Below are positions 1 through 13,045 of a stretch of 64,000 nt of DNA, in pieces. How positions within the stretch are numbered: position 1 is the stretch's first letter; every line of letters starts with the position of its first letter. The position numbers were made by a program, and so were the translations under genes. This stretch comes from Octopus sinensis (lineage: Eukaryota), in NCBI RefSeq assembly GCF_006345805.1, contig NC_043014.1, positions 9,796,001 through 9,860,000 on the forward strand, in the 5' to 3' direction. Below the pieces are notes generated by a model. That model made no database searches and was not told the DNA's origin. It was given only the letters and a program-made list of their open reading frames with translations.

Positions 1-291
1 CCCCGGGCCGACCAATGTCTTGTGAGTGGATTTGGTAGACGGAAACTGAAAGAAGCCTGTCGTATATATGTATATATATATGTGTGTGTGTGTGTTTCTG
101 TGCCTGTGTTTGTACCCCTAGCATTGCTTGACAACCGATGCTGGTGTGTTTACGTCCCCGTCACTTAGCGGCTCGGCAAAAAGAGACCGATAGAATAAGT
201 ACTGGGCTTACAAAAGAATAAGTCCCGGGGTCGATTTGCTCGACTAAAGGCGGTGACTGAAACAAGTATAAGAGTAAAGAGTAAAAGAGTA
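1..291 (+). mobile_element. tRNA-derived SINE family A, head cut off by window start
   Basis: Matches body and tail of the complete copies (e.g. 23144-23560): internal (TA)n(TG)n tract, GATAGAATAAGTACT, tail GACTGAAACAAGTA plus (AAGAGT)-type repeats. Confidence 0.9.
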
Positions 292-642
292 TGTAGAGAT
301 AATATTCTTGACAGACTCCCTTCTAGGCGGTGCGACAGTATGGTCGTATTCCAATGACTGAACGAAGTAAAACAAGATGAAATTAAATGCATTTCTACCG
401 CAAAATGGCTTCAGTATAAATAACTTAATTTCTCCGATCACACTAACTTTACACCATTGAAGTTACCCTTCCGGTTTTCGCGTCTTGCTTTAATAGAATA
501 TCTAGCGTGCATGTATATGGCATGAATTGGTATTCAGTTCAGAAAACATTATAGATTACAGACATCAGCTATAAACCGCTGGTCTGCCATGACCGAAATT
601 TGTAATTACTATTGATAGATGACTTGACTTCATAGGAAGAAC

Positions 643-663
643 GTGTGTGTGTGTGTATATATA

Positions 664-695
<32 letters not shown>

Positions 696-939
696 GTATG
701 CATATATATATATATACACATGCATACATACATACATACATACATATACACATACATATATATACATACATATATATACACATATATATACACACATATA
801 TACACACACACACATATATATATATATATACACATATGTATATATACATATATATACACATTTTTACATATATATATATATATATACATACATGCATATA
901 TGCATGTTTATATATACATGTATGTGTATATACACTCAT

Positions 940-971
<32 letters not shown>

Positions 972-1048
972 CATAATACCTACATTATATAATATATATA
1001 TATATATATATATGAATGTATATATATATATATACATAATACCTACAT

Positions 1049-1083
<35 letters not shown>

Positions 1084-1114
1084 TGTATATATATATATAT
1101 ATATACATAATACC

Positions 1115-1159
<45 letters not shown>

Positions 1160-1280
1160 ATATATATATATATTCATAATACCTACATATATATATATGA
1201 ATGTATATATATATATATATATTCATAATACCTACATATATATATATATATATATGAATGTATAATATATACATAATACC

Positions 1281-1323
<43 letters not shown>

Positions 1324-1345
1324 TATATAATATATGAATGTATAT
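643..1345. repeat. (TG)/(TA)/(CATA) microsatellite grading into a compound minisatellite (CATAATACCTACAT-(AT)n-GAATG)
   Basis: Directly visible; motif CATAATACCTA recurs from ~971 to ~1284 and again at ~1711-1833. Confidence 0.9.
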
Positions 1346-1352
1346 ATATTCT

Positions 1353-1675
1353 TAGACTCCGCCGTTACGACGACGAGGGTCCCAGCTGATACGATCAACG
1401 GAACAGCTTGCTCGTGAAATTAACGTGCAAATGGCTGAGCATTCCACAGACACGTGTACCCATAACGTAGTTCTCGGGGATAATCAGCGTGACAACAGAG
1501 AGTGACAAGGCTGACCCTTTGAAATACAAGTACAACTCATTTTTGCCAGCTGAGTGGACTGGAGCAACGTGAAATAAAGTGTCTTGCTCAAGGACACAAC
1601 GCGTCGCCGAGAATCGAACTCACAACCCTACGATCATGAGCCGAATGCCCTAACCACTAAGCCACGCGCCCTCAC
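1353..1675 (-). mobile_element. tRNA-derived SINE: distinct head with CORE/V-like central segment joined to the family-B tail
   Basis: Minus strand: A box TGGCTTAGTGG, B box GAGTTCGATTC, then GTGTCCTTGAGCAAGACACTTTATTTC. The 3' ~200 nt match family-B copies such as 21926-22307. Confidence 0.8.
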
Positions 1676-1831
1676 TGATTTATATATATATATATATATA
1701 GATATATACACATAATACCTACATACATATATATATATATATGAATGTATGTATATATATATATATTCATAATACCTACATATATATATATGAATGTATA
1801 TATATATATATATATATATATTCATAATACC

Positions 1832-1870
<39 letters not shown>

Positions 1871-2927
1871 TATGAATGTAATATATATACATTACTAATA
1901 TACAATATATATATATATATATATAATATATATATATATATATAAATATTCGCAATGTACATAAGTATACACAGCTACACAGCGGAAGTGCATATCGATA
2001 AAAGTTTTACAATATTTCATTTTCTCTGAATATCATACTGAGTTAGTTCAAAGCGAAGATTGAAAGCCTTGCTATTCATCCTTTACCCTGGAATTAAAGA
2101 AACAGCCACCTATAATATACAAGGGTCGATTCAATGGCCTATCCAACTTCACTGCAAAAATTTCTCTTTGACTTGTAAAAGTCAATCAATATTCTACGCT
2201 GTAGTTTTCCGATCTAATCAATATAGCTCGTAGATTTAAGCCCCAGTGTTTAAATTCTCCGTAGAAACAACACTCTGCTATATCTTAACCAATAATTATG
2301 ACAGCCGATGTATTCTTTTGATTTCCTGACTTTCGTTTGAGTTTTTCAGTTATTGGTTAACCGAGACACCGACTTAATAATATTTTCTTCTGCTTTAAGT
2401 TACGAACTGCGATTATGATGGAGAAGTTTATTCATAGGAATTATTTGATCCCATTGCACTTAGTGCATATTTCTGTTTGTTACTTAGTTTAACGATCACT
2501 AATTTGTAGAACCGGTACCTTACCTTTCGAAAGAAGTAAAAACCAGTCATCTCAAATACTACTATGCACAAATATAAGTGCGTGAGCACACAAAGCGACG
2601 CATACTCATTCACACATATATAATTATAATGCATATATTTATATATATACATACACCTATATCTATATTTACTTACTTATATATGTGTGTTTGTATGAGT
2701 GTATATGTGTGTGTGTGTATGTATGTATTCTCATGCATATAGTTGCATATCTACACATACTCATGTATATTTAAATGATAAACTTCTGGAAAGTTTCACA
2801 GATTTTTACAGTTCCATTGATGGATGTGGATCTGTAGTCTCCCAAATAGCGTTATCCTTTCTAGTTTTCAGGAGCTTATGTATGTATTATGAATGTGTGT
2901 GTATGTACGCGTGTGTGTGTGTGTGTG

Positions 2928-2986
<59 letters not shown>

Positions 2987-2995
2987 GGATGGATG
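2928..2995. repeat. (GATA)n microsatellite
   Basis: Directly visible. Confidence 0.95.
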
Positions 2996-3421
2996 TTTTA
3001 CGATAACTTTGTTCAAGGTGTAGACATCTGCCTAATTAGAAGTTTGGCCTAATTGTAATACAGTGTAAAACAGTATTACAAGTACCTACGTAAGTGACCG
3101 ACATTCAGCAATCCACTGTGGATCCACCGACTCCTTCTTACACACTTGAAGCACTTAATAATTCTTAATAATTTCATATCATGTGATGTTACAATAGAAA
3201 CTATAGTGACGATAAAATTCAGAACAAATTTCAATTAAGCTCTAATTTCATTCTAAAATTAGGAAACGGCTTAAATTAATACAGTTTCATCACAAGTGCA
3301 GAGGATTAATCATTTTAATTACATTGAAACGTGTCAGTGAGAGATGTGACAGCAGAAAATAAAACTCGAATGAATGACGACGCAGTTGCTTTTTGGAAAG
3401 TCGTCGTCTTATTTCATTTTT

Positions 3422-3697
3422 AATTTAACTTTCACAAAGGCTCCACAACTTCAAGTTAACGTGTTCAAAACGCTCTTTGATTTCCTGCAGCGCACTTAAT
3501 CAGCATGGTAGCTCTAACTCTGTGGCAAGTACTGCAGTTTCATTTTCGATGCGGAAAATAATATTTAACTCTCACAAAGGCTGTACAACTTCAGGTTAAC
3601 GTGTTCAAAATGCTCTTTGATTTCCTGCAGCGCACCTAATCAGCGTGGTAGCTCTAACTCTTTTGCAAGTACTACGGTTTCATTTTCGATGTGTTGT
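3422..3697. repeat. ~140-bp tandem duplication (2 copies)
   Basis: TTTAACT(T/C)TCACAAAGGCT...TTTCATTTTCGATG occurs at ~3422-3552 and ~3564-3692. Confidence 0.85.
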
Positions 3698-3899
3698 TCT
3701 GCTGCTTTCATTAATATATTGACTTTTGCAATTAGATTGGGGTTCTCTTATCTCTTTCAAATTTTCCTTCTTAACATCTTGCACTCACTCAACACTGGTC
3801 GACTCAAAAGCGTCAATAATAACTGCTGCAACTATTTCTTGTTCATTGAATTAAAAACAAAAAAAGAATCATGTTTCTGGTCATTTCTTCAAAACAGCT

Positions 3900-4450
3900 A
3901 CTGTTGTCAATGATTTCATCCTGAGGTAATACTATCTATAACATTTTCTCATAAGCTATTTTTCCAAAAGTCCCTGATAAATTGATTGTTGCATTTTTCA
4001 TTTTCTTCGACGTCCTAGAAGAAAGGAAGCCGTCCCTGATATTATAAATTACACACTGACCTATGGCTTGGAAAATGGAAGCCGTGTGTGGGGAAGTGTT
4101 TCATGATATTACGTGTGGCCTGGAACATTATCAATCATCGATTCTATTCTTGATCCAAGGCTATGCTTTCTTTTTTACAATATTTATTTACTGACATAAG
4201 CACAGTGTGAAAAGTTCACTTGATATTGGCTTTGCTCTTCATCTGCAAATGACAAGTATATACATTTATAAAAATGCCTGCAGAGGTTGTCGTGATATTC
4301 TAAATGATAAGCAAGCATTAGCTGCATCGTTTATACTTTTACTGACAAGTGAAAATATAAAACAGTATTTTCCAGCCTTGAAGCTTGAAACATTACGAGG
4401 AAGATGAAACGGTGAGTTGGTTTTCTTTTCTAAGTAAAGCGTGTTCAAAT
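3900..4450 (-). pseudogene. pogo/Tigger-like DDE transposase remnant
   Basis: Frameshifted minus-strand fragments SSFKAGK, KYCKKK, MIDNVPGH, HTASIFQAIGQCVIYNI resemble Tigger motifs GFKAAKDR, LDNAPGHP, NTTSLIQPMDQGVI. No TIRs found. Confidence 0.5.
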
Positions 4451-4908
4451 ACGAAAAAAAAAAAAAAAACTGAGAACAAACTAATAAGGATAGTTGCTTT
4501 GTTCGATGGTTTCGTTAAGCAGCCGGAGAAGATTTTGGATGACCCAAGTGTCCGACCTTGCAGTGTCACAAGACAGCAGGGTGCTTAGAATCTCTCAAAC
4601 CAAATTCTACCTCTGAAAGTTTCTATATTATATCTATTGTCATTAAAGATGCATTCAGGATTCCATTTCAAGTGAGTTGTTTAAGAGCTATGTTGCATTG
4701 AATGTCCAGGTCCAGCTCTGTGTATGTGTGTATGTGTGTGAGTTTTTGTGTATTTGTATCGGCGTTTCGCCCCAACACTTTGTGAGCAACCAGTACTGTT
4801 TTGTTCACGTCTTTCTAACTTAGCAGTCCAGTAAAAGGAACCGATATAATAACTTCTGAAGTTAAAAGGCTTTAAAATAACTACTAAAACAGATATGTTG
4901 GTCTAAAC

Positions 4909-7900
4909 CAGGTGTGGGAGGAACTTTTTAGTGCGGCAGACAAAAATTTCAAAAGAAAAATATCCGCGGGCGGATCAAAGTCCTGACTCTTGTATCTGTG
5001 TATATATCTATATATAATTCAATATACATTAATAAAGATAAATATAATGTATTAAGTAACATGTTCATTAACGCCACCAGTGATTTTTGGACGTTCATAT
5101 TACTTATGAGGTATTCTATATTTTTCAGAAAAATTTTAATTTTAGAGAAATCTTTACAGTCAAATACAGACCGAATTTAATTTTGAAAAATTACATTAAT
5201 ACCTAAATAGTATTATGCGTAAATTACATATTTAAACAAATTTATCCTAGTGATAATTTTATTAAATCTAATTAAATTTAAGATTTGGCTTTGTTTAGTG
5301 AGAAACATGAAACTACCTTTTTTTTCTTTTTCTGCAAGTTTAGGAATATCACGTCATTGAAGAAACTGCTATCTTTTATCTAAGGTTTTCGCTAGTAAGT
5401 CTGGTACGAAGATGAATGGTTGCATAATTCAATTTGGTAAAAAAAAAACTGCTCTCATTGATAAGCTGTCGAAAATCGTGATACTGGTTTCAAGGCATTT
5501 TTTTATGTACAGTAGGGATTTCTAAGGATTGATGTGTTTGTAGAAATCCAATAAATACAGATTACTATATTTCTATTTTATTAAGTTATCCGACTGCAAA
5601 TCAATTAATTCTAATTGTAAGGAACCGGGTGCTTCCTCAGGACACGCATCAAAATATGTTTCGAAAACACGTTGTTCGATTTTATCTTGTATTTCGTGAA
5701 ATCTACTTTCAAATTTCTTTAAAAGACTTTCACACTCGTCAGAATATTCTTTCGTTGATTCAGGATTCTGTTTGCTGAACTTCAGAAAATGTGTGAAGCA
5801 CTTTCTTTTCAGTTCTGTGACAAATAAATGAAGCATCGGTTCAAAGCTTTTGATAAGGGAAAGCAAAGTGATTACTAGCTGATTGGAGCGTTGTAAGTTC
5901 CAAGTTCAAATTATTTATATATCTACTAACATTTCTAAATCACATTGAAACTTTTTATCTTTCAGTTCTATAACAGGAATACCTTCAATATCCATACAAA
6001 TTTCCATTTCTTCCTTCAGTTCATAAAATAGTTTAAGCATTTGGGCTTTATTTGACCACTTCATTTCACAATGGTTCTATAAATCCCCATATTCGGCTTC
6101 AAGATCTTTCAAAAATTCTTTCCATATTGTTCAACCCTTTGCTTTTTATCAAATTAACGGCCTTAGTTACAACTTTCATTATATTGCCCATCTTGAGAGA
6201 TTTTACGCATAAACTTTCCGTATGAATAAAGCAGTAACACTCAATGTTGCCGGATCCAAAATACGGTTCTTAAATTCATTCTTTATCAGAGCTAGGAACC
6301 CTTTTTCACGACTCACTATCGATGGAGCGCCATCCGTAGCAAGAACACCCATTTTTTCGTATTGAAATTCAAAATCTTTCAGGGCTGAGTTGACCATTTG
6401 AAATAAATCTTCGATTTTAGTTGTTCCCGAATGTTGAATTTTACAGTTATTGCACGTATGAATATTGCCTGCAGAGCAGTAATTAGTCAGATCAGTTGTC
6501 TCATCAATATCTAATGAATTCAATACGAATTCTGCTGAATCAGATTTTAGAGAATTTTGAATGTCATCAGCAATATCTTTAATACAATCAAAAACAGTTC
6601 TTTCTAACAAGCTAATATTTCCAAACAAATTATGTTTTTTTCTGATCATATATTCTCAACAGAATGATACGTTCTTTCCCGAATTCACCATCGCTACGTG
6701 GTTTGCGTCTGTTTTAGTAATATTTTGGCATACCGCATAACTAGCTCGAGTAACTGAATAACTTTGAAGAATTGGCCTTTTAAAAAAAGTTTGTCTTTTG
6801 GTCAGATTTTCTTTCAAGGAGGCTATCTTGTCAAAACTTTCAGATTCTTTCGAATTTCCACAGATCTTATGATTACTTATAAAATGCCACTCCATATTAT
6901 ATTTTTTATGAACGGCTACATGTTCGTTGCAAATAAGACAAATGCACTTGTTAATATATTTCAATAAAAAAATAAAGCCCAGGCAACTTTTCATCAAACA
7001 AAGCACGTTCACAGGTACTTCTTTTTATAGGATTTTTTTTTAACTGCTCGCCATGTTGATAACGGTATTGAAAAATTGATTTAACAAAGTTATAAACCGG
7101 CTAAATATATATTATCACTTTCGGAACTTTTGATATTACCGCTGCTTGAGAAAAATAAACGCCAACTGTCTCGTAGTCGTAATGCATGCGTTCAGTGTTA
7201 TAAAAAGAGTAAACAATAAAAATCTGCAAAAAATTAAGATATTTGGTTCAGCAAGGTTTAGCTTGATTTTCCTCCCTCCCTTGTTCACACGGGTGTTCAC
7301 AAGCGAGTAGAAAGGGAAGGGCGATAACTGATAAGCCGATGCCAGATGAAAGAAACTCCTATTGTCCTTCTTGACACCGACCGATAGCAAAAATGCGACA
7401 CCCATTTCGAAAAACGTTAGTTTTCATTGCTTTTTCAGAATAAAGAAGTTAGTAATTTTTTTTATAATCCTGTTCACAATGCACCAAGGTAGTAGCTTTT
7501 GTTTCGATGAAGCTTTACCAATTTGTTTTTGATCTTAAATAGGTTCTTAAATATTTTTGCTTATCGGTTGACAGAAAGACGGTGAAAATGGAATAGAGAA
7601 GAAAATTTAAATACTTGGGGTCCTTGGATATGAATAATTTTTGCACTTTGTCTTCTACAACCGTTCCGCTTCCGGATTATGTAAAAGTTATCTCAATACA
7701 TGCAATATGCTTACAGTTTTCTCCGCTAAAGTGTAGCTGGATTTGAGGGAGGTTGTAAAAAATCTAGCAAAATGTGTTTTACAGTAAAAGCAACATTTCC
7801 GTTCAAATAGCGATTGCCGGAGTGTTTCTGTTCGAGTCTGACCGTTTTAATTCGTCGTGGAATCCCGACCAATGTCGCAAATATGTATACAAGTATTGTA

Positions 7901-7998
7901 GAAATTTTATAATTGAAAAATGTACATTATTGTGTACATACGAGCACATCAGCCTGCGGGCGCAATTGCGGCAGCGGGCGAGGGTTCCCCCGCCCTTG
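4909..7998 (-). mobile_element. Full-length decayed hAT DNA transposon (Buster/SPIN, GTF2IRD2/EPM2AIP1-like), 3090 bp
   Basis: Identical 8-bp TSD GTCTAAAC at 4901-4908 and 7999-8006 (central TA). Imperfect TIRs CAGGTGTGGGAGGAAC / CAAGGGCGGGGGAACC. Transposase remnant inside. Confidence 0.88.
5295..7054 (-). pseudogene. hAT transposase pseudogene (~590 codons, many stops and frameshifts)
   Basis: BED-finger-like CLICNEHVAVHKKYNMEWH (ORF 6656-7012); catalytic-core motifs DETTD and TDGAPS (ORF 6203-6649); LQLELIDLQSD (ORF 5573-5866); dimerisation-domain-like RTRLTSENL near 5390. Putative ATG at 7054, stop at 5295. Confidence 0.88.
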
Positions 7999-8974
7999 GT
8001 CTAAACCCTTGACGATGATGCTCAGATATGGAAGATGATGCCGCGGTCTAATGATCGAAGCAGTTTAATGTGTAAAAAAATTCATCTTTAGATCATTTCG
8101 AAGTTACAACACATTAAATATAACATGGTATTCTTATAGAGAGGATGGTTTAGATTTGATTAGATTTCATTCTCAGAAGGTACACACAACAAAGAGACAT
8201 GATTTCTTACGATAGATTCCGTATAAAACTATTGTCAGATATAATACTTCATCTTTTAGATTGTATTCATAAATAGCATAAGCCATAGATTATTTCATTG
8301 AATTCTCTCTATAAGAAACATGCATACTATATACCAAGTTTTACAATATATAGAGAAATGGAATTAAGGCTTTTGAAGCGGTTTGTGTAGATCTGGTTGG
8401 CAGTGAATCTACGAGTGGTCGTGGTTGAGATTAAATGTAAAAATCACGGCTTTTCGAATGTGAAAACCTGCAAATACTAATATAAAATCCACTGGCATTG
8501 TTAACATATAACCAATTCATTTAAACGTGATTTAAATGTGATTCAAGTCACAGTCTGTTTGAGTGTATATACTTATTAACATTGTCAGAGAGAAAATGAA
8601 AGGAAACAGACGACACTAGTTGTTGAACAGGCCTCCTTCTCGAGAAAGAAACCTCCTGTTGCTTATTCATAGTATGTGGAGCCTCTGCAACATTCAATAA
8701 GTTAATTGTGGACATTTATTTCGTATTCGTTTAGGAATTATTTGCAACCAGGATATTTGAATGTTGTTGTTGATGTTACTGTAGTTCTCCTTCTTCTTTT
8801 TCTTTTTCTTCTTCTTCTCCTTCTTCTTCTTCTCCTCCTCCTTCTCCTTCTGACTGTTCGTTGTTCTCTCCCTCCTCTTTTCCTTTTCTTTCTTATTATA
8901 TATAAGTATACACATGTGTGTATACTTATATATGATATATATGCGTATATATATATATATTATATATATATATA

Positions 8975-9007
<33 letters not shown>

Positions 9008-9194
9008 GTGTGTGTGTGTGTGTGTGTGGTGGGGTGTATACGGAAAGAAAGAATGTGAGAGAGAGTCAGAGAGAGGCGGTAAATGTTACAGCAGTTATCA
9101 ATGCAAATAGTAATTTTAAATAAAATCACACACACCCGTGTATAGTAAAGGCACCTGCGCACTCGTTGCGTCGTTCCTGCGACTACAGTCAAGG

Positions 9195-9233
<39 letters not shown>

Positions 9234-9994
9234 CACACACATACACGCTTATTTACTTTTATCTCTTAATGCTACCATAAATACATATAAAGAAAAACAC
9301 AGCTATTTGGTTGTGCCTGGAGGTAGCGAACTGGGAAGCTAGTTAGCGAGCTAGCTAGCTAGATGACATAGTTAGTAGCATTTGTGAACGTTCTAAGTTC
9401 AAATTTCACACAGGTCGAATTTGCCTTTCATCCTTTTCAGGATTGATAAGTTGAGCACCAGTTAACCAAATGGATCGATGTAATCGGCTTATCCTCCTCC
9501 CCTATGCCTACTGCAGGAAACGATATACACATACATACATACATACATACATACATACATGCATATATATATATATGTGTGTGTGTGTGTGTATGTATAT
9601 AATTTGCGAAAAACCACTATTAAACAATTCAATAAAGCAATAAAGAGAGATGTTCTGCAGATTATAATATATTTTGTAGAACTTTATACATACTAGATTT
9701 CGGTCGACCGCTCTATATCTAGTTCTGGAAATTGTGTTTTGTAAACGACAGACTATGCTGAGGATCTTACAGATGTTTGCGTACCCATATACGTAAATAT
9801 TAACAAGTGAAACTAATTACTACATATGTAATCGTTTTTATTTCGTATATTTTCATTTGTCTTGCTTATTTTCACACTTTGGTTTTTTGCTGAATTTTTT
9901 CTTGAGAACACATTCTTCGTAGAAAATGGCGATTTTGACGACTATATCTAGCATACAGGCTGTCCACATATAGTGCTCACTACTCTAAATTTTG

Positions 9995-10078
<84 letters not shown>

Positions 10079-10589
10079 GGTCGTGTGGGAGGGATACGAA
10101 TATTACTTTCGTTATACAAATATTACTTAAATAAAATGGCAGTAAGCTGGCTGGATCATTTAGCACTCCGAGCAAAATGATTTCCTCCGTCTTTACGTTC
10201 TTAGTTCAAATTCTCCCGGGATCGACTTATCCTTTCGAGGTCGATAAAAGAATTACTTGTTGGGCACTGAGATCAATGTGATCGACTTAGTTCCCCATCC
10301 CCAACTTGCTGACCTTGTGCCAAATTTTTAAAACCAATATTATCTCGCATCTTTTCTTGCTTTTATACTGAGAAACGCTCGCAGACCCATGCAGAAAATG
10401 GCGGATTTACAAGCAGCTACTGTAGCATAGAGGAATAAACTGATTAATGAAATAAGAAAGAGAAGAACGGAAATTATAATTATACAACATTAATGCGAGG
10501 AGCCGTCATATATGATGTTTGTGTATTGGTATGTTTTGAAAGAGTATGTGTGTTTGAACGTTTGTGTTTCATTGTAAATGCATTTTATA

Positions 10590-10680
10590 TAGAGGCAGGC
10601 GTTGCTGTATGGTAAAGTGTTATCTTCCAAACCACATGTTTCCATGTTCAGGCTCACTAAGTGACATTTGGTGTCTTCTA
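10590..10680 (+). mobile_element. Degenerate SINE-A head, interrupted by the mariner element and resuming at 11229-11257
   Basis: ...GGTGTCTTC-TA | TA-CTATGGCTTCCAGTCGACCAAAGCCTT restores the SINE-A consensus GTGTCTTCTACTATAGCC...CGACCAAAGCCTT. Confidence 0.75.
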
Positions 10681-11228
10681 TTGGGTTGTCCGGAAAGTTC
10701 GTCCTGATTTATAGTAGCTTACATTTCGACTTATTTTAGAACATGGTTGAGTCCATAAAATAGGATTTGACTGCACCTCCATTTAGAGCACAGTTTAAGC
10801 TATCTTTTCTTGGAAGAAGGTTTATGTTCCGATAACAGGTGTTAATTTTGTAAAGGAAGTTCATTTTCGGCACTTGATGCTTTGGGAACCAGACAAAAAT
10901 TGCTGCAGCTCGGCTGGGATGTGTTACCCCACCCCTCCATATTCACCACATATTGCTCCTTCGTATTTCCACTTATTCAGGTCTCTGCAGAATAGTGTTA
11001 ATGGTAAAAAGTTCAATTCCTTGGATGACGGAAAATGATACCTTGATGAATTCTTTGCCAAGAAACCACCTCAACTCTGGGATGAGGGTATTTTCAAGTT
11101 AAAGGAAAGATGGAGACGCATTGTGCAACAAAATGGTTCATATTTGGTTGATTAAAAATGTAATGTCAAGTATTTATTGACCTTTTTCTTTCCTGTAAAA
11201 ATCGGCACAAACTTTCCGGACAACACAA
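10681..11228 (+). mobile_element. Internally deleted mariner element (548 bp) with TIRs and TA TSD
   Basis: TIRs TTGGGTTGTCCGGAAAGTTCGTCCTGATTT / revcomp TTGTGTTGTCCGGAAAGTTTGTGCCGATTT; TA at 10679-80 and 11229-30. N-terminal HFRHLMLW is fused to C-terminal LGWDVLPHP/PYSPHIAPSYFHLFRSLQN (YSPDLAPSD motif). Confidence 0.92.
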
Positions 11229-12508
11229 TACTATGGCTTCCAGTCGACCAAAGCCTTTTAATCAATGAAAAAAGATTGTTTTCAAATTTAATATGGCTAA
11301 TTTTCGTAAAGCTGCGAGACACAGATAGGATAAGTTATTTCTAAACATATATTATTTGTTGTCAGCACACTGTATCATAATTAACTGTTTATAACCATAT
11401 ATTTCGTTAGCATTATTAACTAGTTTGTTACATCGTTTGTGGTATATTTTTAACATGTAGTAAAACATGAGTTCAGCTTAAATATTTTGAGACAGATTTT
11501 CAAGAACCATTGAAACTAAGATATACTTCATTTCTTTCAACATTGTTCAATCTTAAAGGAAGCCTGGAGCTAAGATAAATTACACTTTAAGCTGCTATAC
11601 ATAAATATGAGCTTTGTAAATTCTTTAAAATTGCTAACATTGTTATTGTGTGTAGTTTATATTCTGTAAATGATTGATCGCATTACATTGCCAAATCTAT
11701 ATGCTTCTAAGGATACTCCTAGATATCATTATTTAAACGAACGCGATACTGAAACAGCAAAAGCCTTTAACTTTGTCTAAATATGTCATTTTGCAAGATC
11801 TCCATACAAATACAATCCGCACACAATTGTTAGCGGCACAAATCTATTCTGATCGTTTCCACGTTATCCGAAACATGATGTTATTTCTGAAGCAAATTAA
11901 AATGCCATCTGCAGAAATGAATACCCAGAGTAAGCCTAAAAGAAAATTTACAATGCAGAATATGTCAACAGATTTCAACATTAACAATTAACCAATATTC
12001 TTGGAATAATCCAATGGAAGCCAGAAACAATATGTAAAATAAATAAAACTGGTAAAGCAATCTTGGATAATAGTCAAAAAGAAAATATGTCTTTACAAAT
12101 GTGTGTAAATTGCTCAACGTATGTAACCTTCTTGCAAAAAGTCAATGTCAGAAAGAGTTGTTACTGATATTAGCTCTAAATAATATAGTAGCCATGCTTT
12201 GTTCAAACTTCAGTTTTATAATTCATGTGTTGTCACGTGATACATTAAATATTTGATTAATACGATATTTGAGTAATATATGTTTCCTGAGAAAAGTCAG
12301 TGATACCGTTCATTCTTCGTCGTATTGTACAAGACGATAAAAGGATAGCAACACTTTAACATTATCATCCATACAAATGTACTTTCCTCAATATCAATAT
12401 ATCAAATGAGGAGTTTCACAACAAAAAGTGCCTCTCTCTCTCTGTATCCCTCTCTCTCTCTCTCTGTATATATATATATATATATATATATACAGAGAGA
12501 GAGAGAAT

Positions 12509-12750
12509 CGCCATGTTGATTCGATAGCTTCTGCACGAAAAGCATTTTTTCTCTCCTTCTTTCTGTGTTTTTTTTTCTCTGTGTATCTTTCTATTGAAGA
12601 GCGTAGGCTCGAAACATTAAAGACTTGTTTTATTTATATTTCCTGAGCGCCATACTAATACAATTGTTTGTTTGTATTCCACCTGCCTTCGTCTTTTGTT
12701 TATTTTCCGTAAACCTGCCTTCGTCTTTTGTCTATTTTCATAAAGATTCC
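12509..12750 (+). mobile_element. Short (TA)n-anchored element, family H1, with hammerhead-like motif (Penelope pLTR-like)
   Basis: Homologous to 19389-19582, 45156-45362, 12781-12962 and 59764-59979. Motif TCTTT-CTATTGAA-GAGC-GTAG-GCTC-GAAAC-ATT-AAAGA at 12586-12623; 3' end abuts (TA)n. Confidence 0.65.
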
Positions 12751-12753
12751 CGT

Positions 12754-12780
<27 letters not shown>

Positions 12781-12784
<4 letters not shown>

Positions 12785-12962
12785 AGAATTAAAAAAAAGA
12801 CGGAGACAGGTGGTGTAGACAACAAACAGGTGTATTAGTATAACGCTCGGGAAGTGAAAAAGTCTTTAATGTTTCGAGCCTGCGCTCTTCCACAGAAAGG
12901 AACACAGAAATAAACAAGGAGAGAAATAAAGAATGTGTAGTGGCTAGCAATCTATCATGGCG
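12781..12962 (-). mobile_element. H1 element, inverted relative to 12509-12750
   Basis: Minus-strand motif CTTT-CTGTGGAA-GAGC-GCAG-GCTC-GAAAC-ATT-AAAG; 3' end abuts the shared (TA)n at ~12752-12780. Confidence 0.65.
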
Positions 12963-13045
12963 AAGGCCGAAAATTAAGGAATATATATATATATATATAT
13001 AATCCTTAATGTTAGCTCTGCTATTTAACATTTATATATCCGCTG

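Noticed and set aside
569-1398. Many long ORFs of YIYI/CVCV type (also 8914-9246, 20580-21421, 46317-47783, 55431-56015)
   Set aside because: Translations of stop-free (TA)n/(CA)n microsatellites; no protein signal.
9690-9725. Minus-strand GAG-CGGTCGACCG-AAA resembling a hammerhead stem II + GAAA
   Set aside because: No CUGANGA core and no matching stem I.
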